Of a DNA stretch of 64,000 bases, positions 46,735-56,352 are shown in pieces. Under the pieces are notes generated by a model. That model ran no database searches, had not been told where the DNA came from, and was given only the letters and a program-made list of their open reading frames with translations. The stretch's first letter is position 1. Each line of letters starts with the position of its first letter. The DNA is from a virus (taxonomy: Duplodnaviria; Caudoviricetes): positions 32,001 through 96,000 of the IMG/VR virus record IMGVR_UViG_2974692648_000001. One strand, written 5' to 3'. The translations under genes were made by a program, and so were the position numbers.

Positions 46735-46774
46735 CTAACTAATTTTTTTGTCTATTCTAATAAGGTCGAGTCCA

Positions 46775-47140
46775 ATGAGCATTGAAGTCGCACCACACCC
46801 AGTACCGTTTCTTAAAGAAGCGTTTACACTGGGTGACATTCAAGACTTTAAACCCCGACTAAATAAGTTGTTGGTTGAGGAAAACATTCCTGACGATTAT
46901 TGTCATCCTTCGTTAGTGATGTGTAAAAACGTGCTTTACGATAAAGGCTGGTACCGTGGGGACGCGGAACTCACTCATAACGTCAGCGTGGTTTTTCTAT
47001 GGTGGTATCATAAGTGTGGTAATCGAGAACGGTTACTAAAGCACGCTTACGACCACTTCCATTTATTAGGTGATCATAACTTCAAATTCTTTGGTCACTT
47101 AGATGCGTTATACGACGCTTACGTTTCAATGAAAAAGTAA
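46775..47140 (+). CDS. Hypothetical protein
   Basis: TAAGG RBS before MSIEV at 46775. Confidence 0.7.
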   Translation: MSIEVAPHPVPFLKEAFTLGDIQDFKPRLNKLLVEENIPDDYCHPSLVMCKNVLYDKGWYRGDAELTHNVSVVFLWWYHKCGNRERLLKHAYDHFHLLGDHNFKFFGHLDALYDAYVSMKK

Positions 47141-47142
47141 AT

Positions 47143-47176
47143 AATACCTACCATCCCTTTGGGGATGGTAGGTATT
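47143..47176. terminator. Probable bidirectional terminator
   Basis: AATACCTACCATCCCT-TT-GGGGATGGTAGGTATT between convergent genes. Confidence 0.8.
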
Positions 47177-47193
47177 TAAGTTATCTTTATTTT

Positions 47194-50115
47194 TTAGTCT
47201 TTCGGTTCTTCCAGTTCGTCAGGTTCTTCTTCCTCTTCCGTCTCTTCTTCGAGATCTTCAGATTCTTCTAAACCTTCTTCTTCATCTGAAAGTTCTTCTG
47301 ACTCTTCATCTAGTTCAGTTTCTTCAGATTCTTCCGACGCTTCATCATCAAATGATTCTTCTTCAAAATCGTCACTGAACTCATCGGCACCGGAGTTTTC
47401 TTCTAACTCCTCACCTTCACCTTCACTTCCTTCTGGGAGCGCTAGTGGATCGTCCCCTTCCCCTTCTTGGAATTCACTTTCAGGTTGAGGCATCGCTTTC
47501 ATTAGACGTTCGATGCGGTCATCAAATTGTTTCATGTATTCAATCATGAAGTGACCCAAGTTCTCGTTAAAGTAATCGAGTTCATTGAGCAATGAATACA
47601 TACCACCTTCTTTACCTTTGTTCATGATGTCATCGAACGGAGTAGGAACGTTAAACAACTTGAAAGCACGGAAACGAATAACTGCTGCAAACTGAGCTTC
47701 CAACTCGTCTGGTGCTAAGCGTTCGGTGTCAATGTTCATGCGGGATAGTAAAGGACCCATGATACCTTTAGCCGCAGACATCTCAACAACTTTCAAAGAC
47801 CACTCTTCAGCTAGCTCCATTTTCTCTTTGATCTTAGTCACCGACTCCATGGTCGTAGGACGAGGAAGTTCTACGTAGAAGTTCTGAATAAAGTCATTCA
47901 GAATAATCATCGCTTTCTCTTTCTCGTTACCCTTGATTTGTTCTTTGGAATCAGGTGTCCAGATCTTACGAGGAGCTTCTAGGATAACATCAATCAAACG
48001 GTTCATGACTTGTTCGTTCACCATAAGGTTCTTACGAATAACGTCACTCAACATCTTCGCTAATTGAGACTGATACATGATCGTTTGGTTACATAACGTT
48101 TCTTGTTCAGCCAAAGCTTCTATCTGGAAGTTGTTACCATTCTCGTCTCGTTCATCCAGCCAACTACGAGGTAAACCAAATGTATTAGCAATAGACGCTA
48201 ACAAGTACTGGCGTGAATCTTCATCCACACGTTTAAACCCGGTACGATCGATTTGGTTTAACTGCATTTGTGGTGCAGTGACGAATTTGTTGTCCCCTGC
48301 CTCCACACGAATAAGAAGAGACTGTTCTTTAAGAGCATCCACGATCATCGGCATGGAGAGTGTGCCGGTGGAGATCAAGTTGTGCACTGTAGGGTTGGAC
48401 TTAAAGAACTCATAACGAGCCATAGAGATCGTTAGATCAGGGTCTGTATCCTGAGACTCTAACGCTACCACCAACTCATTACGTGTCTGAGCATTATCGA
48501 GCTGAGCTAGTGCGTCCGCTACATCCAAAGCTGCCAAGCGAGCGATAAAGTCTTTAGCTTGTGTAGTCAAAGACTCACCGATACCTAGGCGGTTATGTTG
48601 GAATGCCATGTAAGTGAAGTAACATTCGGGAATGTACAATACACGTGTGCGTTGTTGTTGGAAAGCACGCTCTAAGAACAGCTTTAACACGTCTTCTTCT
48701 AAATCAATAGAAAGGTCTTCACCATCCCCACCGGACCACACCGCTTGATACAGTTCCTTTTCGATTTGGTTTTTCGCAATCATAGCGAATTGACTCATAT
48801 CGAAATCACACTCACCACCTTGTTGAACTTTACGCAAGTTAGCAATCAAAGTATTAGTGTCTGTACCAGAAGGTTTATCGTCGATCTTATTGGCTTGCGC
48901 ACTTAGTGACTGGTAGAACTGATAATCCTTACTCATTTTCAGGAATTCACCGTTCTCATCAATCAGAGCATAACCACCACGAAGGCGCTTTACATCACCG
49001 TGAACATGGATTGGGATAAAACACTCACTTGGCAAGTGATAACCCAACGGTGTTCCCCAAGGTGCCTGAGAATAAACTCTAGGGTTACGAATAGACTGAG
49101 CGCTCTTAGTTGGATAACTACGTTCACCCGGCATGACTTGTTGCAATGCTTCTTGCTGAGCCAAGTTAAGATTCTTAGTCTTAGCGCCTGGATTAGGTTG
49201 TTTAGTTTTACTCTTAGCCTTACCCTTAGAGTTTAGTTCGTCGGTTTTGTTGAGTCGGTTGTTGATGTAGTTGCTGATCGACTCATTACCTTCGATGTTA
49301 CTCAAACGCTCCTTTATACGTTGACGCATATTTTGCATCGCCAACACACTAACGTTATCGGTTACAGTAATCCCGAACTCCGGAGAGACGATGGGGAATT
49401 CGTATTCGTCATTCTTCTCCTCACCCCAGACTGACTCTAAGCCACCTACGTCTTTCTTACTTGGATCTGAAACGTAACCGATGTTGCGTGCCAGACGCAT
49501 CTTACGATTACCTACAGTAGTCTCTTTAAAGACCTTACTCATCTCCGATTCGATTTCTTGACGGTAAGTTTGTTTAGAGAAAGATTCATTACCTTCAACC
49601 AACTGGTTGCCGTTAATAATGTTATCAAGCGCAGGGCGTGTAATGTTAAGCTTAACATAACTGCCGCTACCAACGAGCAAGTCCGAAACCATTTGAGGTA
49701 ATTCGTCCTCGATTTTATAGTCGTTGGTGTAGTACTCACTTAAGACTTTTAACAAACTTTCATGAAGTTTGGTGTTCTTAAATTGACTCGAGTTGGAATC
49801 GTAAGTGAGGATGTTTTTGGTTGCACCGTTAGGATGCAATATCAACGTTTTCCAAATCACCTCAGCTTTAGTGATGTACGGTGTGATTTTCTTTAAATCC
49901 ACCGTAGCGTTGATCGTATTAGCGATAATGTCGCCTAAGCTCTTTAACTTACGACCTTCTACACGACGTAATTGTTCTTCTTCTGTCCCGGTACCAGTAG
50001 ATCTTGTTTCCGCTACTCGAACGTTAAGAATAGCTTCTAAAGGTTTAGGGACGTGCGTTAGCGATTTACGAAGTTTCGTAAGATCGGTTCGAGTATTACC
50101 TCTCGTTCCTGTCAT
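47194..50115 (-). CDS. Putative portal protein (phiKZ gp129-like) with long acidic C-terminal tail
   Basis: 973 aa, GAGG RBS, divergent from a 703-aa structural gene as I recall for phiKZ gp128/129; EGNE/GGLE sites. Confidence 0.65.
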   Translation of the reverse strand: MTGTRGNTRTDLTKLRKSLTHVPKPLEAILNVRVAETRSTGTGTEEEQLRRVEGRKLKSLGDIIANTINATVDLKKITPYITKAEVIWKTLILHPNGATKNILTYDSNSSQFKNTKLHESLLKVLSEYYTNDYKIEDELPQMVSDLLVGSGSYVKLNITRPALDNIINGNQLVEGNESFSKQTYRQEIESEMSKVFKETTVGNRKMRLARNIGYVSDPSKKDVGGLESVWGEEKNDEYEFPIVSPEFGITVTDNVSVLAMQNMRQRIKERLSNIEGNESISNYINNRLNKTDELNSKGKAKSKTKQPNPGAKTKNLNLAQQEALQQVMPGERSYPTKSAQSIRNPRVYSQAPWGTPLGYHLPSECFIPIHVHGDVKRLRGGYALIDENGEFLKMSKDYQFYQSLSAQANKIDDKPSGTDTNTLIANLRKVQQGGECDFDMSQFAMIAKNQIEKELYQAVWSGGDGEDLSIDLEEDVLKLFLERAFQQQRTRVLYIPECYFTYMAFQHNRLGIGESLTTQAKDFIARLAALDVADALAQLDNAQTRNELVVALESQDTDPDLTISMARYEFFKSNPTVHNLISTGTLSMPMIVDALKEQSLLIRVEAGDNKFVTAPQMQLNQIDRTGFKRVDEDSRQYLLASIANTFGLPRSWLDERDENGNNFQIEALAEQETLCNQTIMYQSQLAKMLSDVIRKNLMVNEQVMNRLIDVILEAPRKIWTPDSKEQIKGNEKEKAMIILNDFIQNFYVELPRPTTMESVTKIKEKMELAEEWSLKVVEMSAAKGIMGPLLSRMNIDTERLAPDELEAQFAAVIRFRAFKLFNVPTPFDDIMNKGKEGGMYSLLNELDYFNENLGHFMIEYMKQFDDRIERLMKAMPQPESEFQEGEGDDPLALPEGSEGEGEELEENSGADEFSDDFEEESFDDEASEESEETELDEESEELSDEEEGLEESEDLEEETEEEEEPDELEEPKD

Positions 50116-50135
50116 AACACCCTCTTGGATAAACT

Positions 50136-52247
50136 ATGGAAAATATTGAATTTAACGCCCACGTGGAGAGCGTACTCAGTTTAATGCGTACCTTGGTTAT
50201 CAAATGTGAAGCCATCGGCGTCACCGATAACCGTCTCCTCGCAGAAGCGGGGTACCCGGTGTCCGAAGATAAACGCAAGTGGCGTTACTATCTAAATATG
50301 ACCGGGGAATACCATGAGACTGATGAACCCATGTACGTGGCTTCCATTGATAATGGAGACCAAATACTGTTTAGTAAGAACAGCTTGGATATACACTTAG
50401 CAACACGCCGAGCTTACCAACCTGGAACTTACTGGTATAAACGATTGACCGAACAGTTTCCTGGTCAAATCGATCTAATCAACGGGATTATGGACCCCAT
50501 TGATATGGAAACCGCCATCACAGCCGAAGACTATAAGATCTTACGATACAACAAAGATCTTATCGAATCTAACGAAGATCAGTTGATTCCCGGGTTGCAA
50601 AGATGGATTAACGCCTACACACAGCGTCACTTTAAAAGTGATTACATCTATACGGAAAACTTACAACTCCCTATAGATTTAGCAACGATGTACGGACTTA
50701 TGATTCCCTTGGTATTAATACTAAGGTTAGAAGCTTTTGGTACTCGCAATGTATCAGACTATCATGTCTGGAACCGTTTAAACTCTTATGGTGACTTCCG
50801 TACCTATCGTGCAGGGTTGGGTGATAAACAAAAGATGTGGTTGTACCGTAATATTGAATATTTACGTAATAACTTGGGTAAGAACTTCACCTTAGAACAA
50901 CTCATTGATAACTTGTTGACTCCCGAATCTATCCCTATCTTCCACTACCGTTCTCTCATTAATACGGAGAAAATGGAAGAACAACAAGGTCAACCTGAAG
51001 GTCTGTTCACCAAAGAGCGTCTCAACTTCAAAGAACTTGAATACGACACCGGGGAACGATTCACCAATAAACAACTCTTGACCTTAGAAGAACCTATGGC
51101 AAGAGATAACTCCACACTCCGTGCTTACCATGAAGTACTGGTGGAACCTGAGTCCAAAGAAGCGACCTTTAATGACCTCAGTACTAAAGTCCTAGATTCC
51201 ACCATGGAAGACTACACCAACCGTCATGATGACACGTTGATGAAGACATTATTCCATGAATGGATTTACATGTCTAAGCATAACCTGTACGAATCCATTG
51301 TAGACTTTGTGGATCCACTTAACGGCAACCATGTCCGACTCAATACCACCGACGCTTTAATATACTGGCAGTTATTGTTGCGTTCGTACTTAGGTACTCC
51401 GGTAGAGGTCATTGATCCATTTTGGTTCCAATGGGTGATGACCAAAAAGCTTCGTGATTGGGAAACTTTCCGTGCAGCCGGACCTTCCCCGCAATTGCAT
51501 GATTTTGTGGTGACGGATATTCGTAAACAGTGGGTACCTACACTTAAGGTGATCTCCCCTGATACTTTCTTTGATCAATGTTTTGAAATACATCAAGCAA
51601 AGTGGAAGGCTAGGAAGATTTACTCACAACACGATGAGCTATACCAACACGCTTACACTAAAGAGTGTGTGCGTCGTTTGTACGATCACGGTGTCTACTG
51701 GTTACACGACCCTGAAACTTATCCTTCGGCACAATCTTGGTTGGACGATAAAGAACTCCATTTGGCGCATTACTCGAAATCTGAACTAATTGAGTTGTGT
51801 TGGGAGATCTTTACTAAGGCAACTGGTTGGGATGTCAAAGGCGTGGTGTCTCTACGACAAATCCAATCCAACTTAGTTTCTTTGATGACCGACCTAAGTT
51901 CATACACCATTCAGATATTGAAAGATATTGACGATGGCAACACTACGGCTGAAAACAAAGACGCAGTGCACCTCGGTTTGACTGGTGACAACTACATGAG
52001 TAACGTAGGGGATTACTTAGTTAATCCAATCATTCCGGTAGATATCCATGCAGTCCCTTTAGCTGGACTTAATGAATACCTTATCCAGATTGATAACCGT
52101 AACCATCACGAAACCCTAGTAGCTAGTTGTTCAGACTATGTTAAGGGTGAGGTCGACATTAACATCCAAGAAATCCCACGCGATAACGTTGCTAACCTCA
52201 AGATCCCTCATCATGTTGGAATTAGAGAAGCAACCTGGGCGTACTAA
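50136..52247 (+). CDS. Virion structural protein, probably baseplate (phiKZ gp128-like)
   Basis: 703 aa; WRYYLNMTGEYH and LYRNIEYLRNNLGK motifs; synteny. Confidence 0.7.
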   Translation: MENIEFNAHVESVLSLMRTLVIKCEAIGVTDNRLLAEAGYPVSEDKRKWRYYLNMTGEYHETDEPMYVASIDNGDQILFSKNSLDIHLATRRAYQPGTYWYKRLTEQFPGQIDLINGIMDPIDMETAITAEDYKILRYNKDLIESNEDQLIPGLQRWINAYTQRHFKSDYIYTENLQLPIDLATMYGLMIPLVLILRLEAFGTRNVSDYHVWNRLNSYGDFRTYRAGLGDKQKMWLYRNIEYLRNNLGKNFTLEQLIDNLLTPESIPIFHYRSLINTEKMEEQQGQPEGLFTKERLNFKELEYDTGERFTNKQLLTLEEPMARDNSTLRAYHEVLVEPESKEATFNDLSTKVLDSTMEDYTNRHDDTLMKTLFHEWIYMSKHNLYESIVDFVDPLNGNHVRLNTTDALIYWQLLLRSYLGTPVEVIDPFWFQWVMTKKLRDWETFRAAGPSPQLHDFVVTDIRKQWVPTLKVISPDTFFDQCFEIHQAKWKARKIYSQHDELYQHAYTKECVRRLYDHGVYWLHDPETYPSAQSWLDDKELHLAHYSKSELIELCWEIFTKATGWDVKGVVSLRQIQSNLVSLMTDLSSYTIQILKDIDDGNTTAENKDAVHLGLTGDNYMSNVGDYLVNPIIPVDIHAVPLAGLNEYLIQIDNRNHHETLVASCSDYVKGEVDINIQEIPRDNVANLKIPHHVGIREATWAY

Positions 52248-52307
52248 TTTACTAAATCCCTAATGGTATGATAACCATTACAATTTGATCAAAAAGGATC
52301 TCTACAC

Positions 52308-53222
52308 ATGGCTAACCAAAACGACCTGATCCGAGAATCAGATAACTCTCGAGTTCCGGCACAGATGGTGTCTACCCAACCGATGGGTACGAATATCATG
52401 ATCGCTAAAGCGACTAACAAATCGCTTAACATCCCACCTAACACCACATTGAACGAACACCACGAAATCGAAGTGAACAACTCACTAGGTGTAAAGAACG
52501 GTCAAGACTTCGTGTTAGGTTATTTTGGTGTGGGTATCAAAGGTTATCAAGTTGTCGGTAACCACCCCGTTACTAACGTGCCGGTGAACTACACTAACCA
52601 ACACCAACCGTTTGACCAAAACTTGTTCTATTCGATTCCTTTATGTGCTCGTCCACTGGATGATGACCTAACAGAGCAAGAACGTGATAAGTACCGTATG
52701 CGTACGGTACAGATCCTAGACGGTATCCCAACAGCACTATACTGGTTGATGAAGACCGGCATGAGTGAGTTCAACCCTAAGACCAAACGTGCGTACCGTA
52801 ATCCTTCTACTGGTAACGAAGTCCCAATTGATTATGTTTACCGCCCAGAGTCTTTGAACCCAGAACCAATCACACTGTCTTCAGATGGTACCGTTCCATT
52901 AGCTAACACGTACTTAATGTCGTCTGGCCTTATGGACTTGTCACTGAATGGTACTGCGTTAGAAGAACTTCGTAATGTGTGTCGTTTGATGTTCGGCGAT
53001 CCTTCACTGGCTGCGGTATCAGAATACCAAATCGTTTGGGGCATTGAGTCAACTACAGAAGGTCAGGGACCTGGTGGTACAACATTCCGTCACAAAGAGT
53101 TGATCTCGGCAGTAACTCAATACGTAGTGTCTGAGCGACACGCTCGAGACGCAAACTCGAACGGCGACATCGTCCTTAAATATGACTTGGGTGCCGCTTA
53201 CCCAATGTTACTTGAGGAATAA
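52308..53222 (+). CDS. Virion structural protein (phiKZ gp139-like)
   Basis: 304 aa, AAGGA RBS, TATG at 52267. Confidence 0.7.
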   Translation: MANQNDLIRESDNSRVPAQMVSTQPMGTNIMIAKATNKSLNIPPNTTLNEHHEIEVNNSLGVKNGQDFVLGYFGVGIKGYQVVGNHPVTNVPVNYTNQHQPFDQNLFYSIPLCARPLDDDLTEQERDKYRMRTVQILDGIPTALYWLMKTGMSEFNPKTKRAYRNPSTGNEVPIDYVYRPESLNPEPITLSSDGTVPLANTYLMSSGLMDLSLNGTALEELRNVCRLMFGDPSLAAVSEYQIVWGIESTTEGQGPGGTTFRHKELISAVTQYVVSERHARDANSNGDIVLKYDLGAAYPMLLEE

Positions 53223-53824
53223 TGGAAACACTTCCCCTCCCCGACGGGTGGATTCGTTCCATAGCGATAGACCCATCCACCTTACGGATGGGTATGTCTA
53301 TTATCGACGTCAACCTTCAACAACCTGAACGCTTCAAGTTACAATGGGTGGAAACCATCCATGGTGACAAAATGGGGCATTTCAGTTCAACGAACTATGA
53401 CGATGACGGTGCAGCACAATCCCGTATACTGGGACTGTCTAAAGCGTACCGCAAACTATTAGACTTCTTTAACCCTACAGTAGCGGCGTGTGAAGATAAC
53501 TTCTTAGGGGCGTCTCCAGACACCTTTAAGAGACTTGTCGAAGCGGTCTCATTGCTGCGTACTGAAACTGAGAATTATGGGAACGGACTCTACATGGTGA
53601 ACGTCCCACCTCGGGCGGCTAAGGAAACCGTTGGGGCCAACTTTAAAGGTGCTCAAAAAGAAGACGTGACCAAAGGCATTAAGAAATACGAGAACATTGA
53701 CCTTAATGGACACGACTTGGATGTGTTAGATGAACACTCGATCGATGCTATAGCGATAAACTTAAATGTGTGTGAGCGAATCGCTAAAGATCGAGGTAAA
53801 TTCCATGACACAAAAAATACCTGA
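53222..53824 (+). CDS. ruvC: RuvC-like Holliday junction resolvase
   Basis: RNase H-fold catalytic pattern IAIDPS…ACED…P..AK..VG…K.DV…EHSIDAIAI. Confidence 0.85.
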   Translation: METLPLPDGWIRSIAIDPSTLRMGMSIIDVNLQQPERFKLQWVETIHGDKMGHFSSTNYDDDGAAQSRILGLSKAYRKLLDFFNPTVAACEDNFLGASPDTFKRLVEAVSLLRTETENYGNGLYMVNVPPRAAKETVGANFKGAQKEDVTKGIKKYENIDLNGHDLDVLDEHSIDAIAINLNVCERIAKDRGKFHDTKNT

Positions 53825-54161
53825 ACGCAATGATCATTTAGACACGGCAGAAGGCGTAGTTTTAGGTAAGTGGGGGACTCGGTTCCGAACGTTCTGTGGT
53901 ATCGTCGCGGTACTAACGACGTGTTGGGTTTCGTACTCTGGTATGAGCTCAGTAGTAGAGTCTGTGAAAGCAGGCAAAGGTTGGCCTAGTGAGATGACGC
54001 TGTTTTTGTTCGTCTTTGGTCCGGTCGCTATTGCTTGGCAATACATGAGTGTGAACAAACTTTTATCATTACTTTTCTCGTCCGATACTCAAGGTGCGGT
54101 TAGCATCAAAGATCGGTTACGTGGGTTCTTGATCCATCACCCTCACAAAAACCATAAGTAA
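53805..54161 (+). CDS. Two-TM membrane protein, holin candidate
   Basis: GAGG RBS before ATG 53805; two hydrophobic helices, basic C-terminus; next to the spanins. Confidence 0.6.
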   Translation: MTQKIPERNDHLDTAEGVVLGKWGTRFRTFCGIVAVLTTCWVSYSGMSSVVESVKAGKGWPSEMTLFLFVFGPVAIAWQYMSVNKLLSLLFSSDTQGAVSIKDRLRGFLIHHPHKNHK

Positions 54162-54163
54162 AT

Positions 54164-54196
54164 ATAACTCCCTACCCGCTGAGGGTAGGGAGTTAT
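54164..54196. terminator. Probable bidirectional terminator
   Basis: ATAACTCCCTACCC-GCTGA-GGGTAGGGAGTTAT. Confidence 0.8.
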
Positions 54197-54203
54197 TATT
54201 GCT

Positions 54204-54710
54204 TTATTCTTCTACACTGTCTGGTGGAGGAGGTTGTAGTATTGCATAAATACGATCAAGCGTTTTAAGCAATGACTGAATAGTAACCTTGGCTCCATAG
54301 AGTTCTTCAGATCTTGTGTCTGCACGATTGGCGAGTTCAATAGCATAGATCACACTAGCATAATGACATCGTTTCTCGACCAACTCACCTTCGCATTTGT
54401 TTGAACTCAAATACGTTTGCAACATTCCCAGTTCACTTGGGGAGAGCTTAGGTGGACTTTCTTTTAGGTAAGGAGGGATGTCTAGAACACTACTCCTTAA
54501 CGCACCTATGTTGGCACGAACTACATCCATCTTTGCTATTTCAGCATTGACTCGTAGTTGCGCGCTTCCTTCTTCAAAAGAAGGTTTACTTGAACACCCA
54601 GATAAAAGTAAGACCGCAATTACGACTACGGTCACTAGACCTATATTAACCTTCAGGCCCAGGCTCTTCAATATCTGGATCCATTTGAACACTTTCATCA
54701 ATAGACCCAC
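54204..54710 (-). CDS. Lipoprotein, putative o-spanin
   Basis: Signal peptide with lipobox LLSG-C; Pro-rich segments; starts inside the upstream TM/coiled-coil gene. Confidence 0.7.
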   Translation of the reverse strand: MGLLMKVFKWIQILKSLGLKVNIGLVTVVVIAVLLLSGCSSKPSFEEGSAQLRVNAEIAKMDVVRANIGALRSSVLDIPPYLKESPPKLSPSELGMLQTYLSSNKCEGELVEKRCHYASVIYAIELANRADTRSEELYGAKVTIQSLLKTLDRIYAILQPPPPDSVEE

Positions 54711-55035
54711 TAGGTATCACTCCTTTCATTTCTTGTTGATATTCATCCATCATCGATTGATATGTCTCACGACGCACGCCTTTCTTTTCTTCCAAGAATC
54801 GAGATAACTCGAGATTACTTTTACGGTTCTCTTCTAGGATGAGACGAGATTCCTTATTGATCTGTTTAAAGGTCTCCAGGATGTTTTCCAGTTGAGCAAT
54901 GCTCTCTTTTGACATCCCATCGTTTCTACTAGAGAAAGTTTCCATCAAACTAATGACGATCAGTAGTAGCAATAATCCAACGATCGTGCCGAACTGAATC
55001 GTCCTCGACGTCATTCTTTTATCTGCGTCAGGCAT
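54646..55035 (-). CDS. Type II membrane coiled-coil protein, putative i-spanin
   Basis: Single N-terminal TM helix then a coiled coil; AAGGA RBS. Confidence 0.7.
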   Translation of the reverse strand: MPDADKRMTSRTIQFGTIVGLLLLLIVISLMETFSSRNDGMSKESIAQLENILETFKQINKESRLILEENRKSNLELSRFLEEKKGVRRETYQSMMDEYQQEMKGVIPSGSIDESVQMDPDIEEPGPEG

Positions 55036-55038
55036 AAT

Positions 55039-56274
55039 TTACATGTCCTTAAATATCGAATAAATTTTGAAGTGGTAAGCTTCAACACTACGGTGGGGAT
55101 CATACTGATTAATCTTATCATGAAATAACCCACCCCCATTTTCAGAGCCAGTAGAGTAATCTGTCGAGATATCGATATATCTTACATCAAAGTCAAGCAA
55201 CCGTCTGCCCGCACCTAATCGGTGTCGGTAGGTAGGAAAGCGTCCATCCGATAACATAACTGGATGGTGGAACTTATCCTCGGTAGCAAACGTGGTAGGG
55301 AAGGTGTATTTTTCCAGAGGAACTACTTCCACTCCCATGTACGGATTTGACATATAGATAATGAAACTATTAATGTTGGTTAACAATCCCTTTATCACGT
55401 CAGGTCGCTCTAAGAGCTCCGCTTCGACAACACCGCTACGGCAATTTGCGATATTGTCCAAGTCGATATGCTTAGCACCTTTAACTAGTAAACGTCCTAA
55501 GTCTAAAACACGTAAATCCAATCGCAGGCTGTTATGACCCACTTTAGTTATAGCGGGGCTACCACACACCAGCTTACCTGCAATCACAAACCAGACAGTC
55601 TGTTCTAGAATTTCTCGGTCCACGGTAACCAGTACCGATCGTCCTTTCTCATCCACGTCCAGTTGTTCGATTTCAAAAGGTTCCGTTTCTACTGAAGTAA
55701 TACCTTTAAAATCGATGGCACCCACATGACCCGTATCATCTATGTGGAAGTTGCGACCCCCACCCAATAGGTAGAATCCATCCGGTCTCCCAATGGATCG
55801 AATGAAGTAACCATTGTAGGTGAATAACGTCGTCTTGTTAAACCCACGGTAATCCGGTGAACTCGCAGTGCGATGTTTCACTAACAAGTCTACTGCACCG
55901 GAAGAAGTTATTTTTTCTTGTCTACCAGCGGCAAAGTCTGCACGACCTGGTAATAAAGAATAACCTGCCATCTGCATGTCTTCCATGCGAGCATAGTGAT
56001 AGGTCTCACCCATCTTACCTAAGTAGACTTCCAAAGGTTGTCGTTCCTTGGTATCTAACCAGTCCTGAATAGTTCCGGTAAAGTAAAGGGCTTCGGAACG
56101 ATAAACACTCATGTCGATGGTAATTTCTCTGAGTAACAGACCATCCCACACAGTAATAAACAACGCTCGTGTTTTTTCCATAACCGAGCTTAACTTGGCG
56201 TTCTCTATTTTAAGCGGTTGTAGACCAGCCAGACTTCCCTTATAAGCCCCGATAGAGCGTCGGTAAAGATACAT
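55039..56274 (-). CDS. Putative virion structural protein
   Basis: AAGGAG RBS before MYLYRR (56274); minus-strand TATG at 56337-56340. Confidence 0.7.
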   Translation of the reverse strand: MYLYRRSIGAYKGSLAGLQPLKIENAKLSSVMEKTRALFITVWDGLLLREITIDMSVYRSEALYFTGTIQDWLDTKERQPLEVYLGKMGETYHYARMEDMQMAGYSLLPGRADFAAGRQEKITSSGAVDLLVKHRTASSPDYRGFNKTTLFTYNGYFIRSIGRPDGFYLLGGGRNFHIDDTGHVGAIDFKGITSVETEPFEIEQLDVDEKGRSVLVTVDREILEQTVWFVIAGKLVCGSPAITKVGHNSLRLDLRVLDLGRLLVKGAKHIDLDNIANCRSGVVEAELLERPDVIKGLLTNINSFIIYMSNPYMGVEVVPLEKYTFPTTFATEDKFHHPVMLSDGRFPTYRHRLGAGRRLLDFDVRYIDISTDYSTGSENGGGLFHDKINQYDPHRSVEAYHFKIYSIFKDM

Positions 56275-56352
56275 TATGCGAATCTCCTTGGTGAATTCTA
56301 TAGAATCGTTACGATACTTGTGCGATTTGACACTAACATAAGGCCCTTTGTT

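Noticed and set aside
53222-53824. RuvC-fold gene as TnpB/Cas12 or transposase
   Set aside because: Only 200 aa, no zinc finger, flanking repeats or array; it sits in a core structural operon like a plain resolvase.
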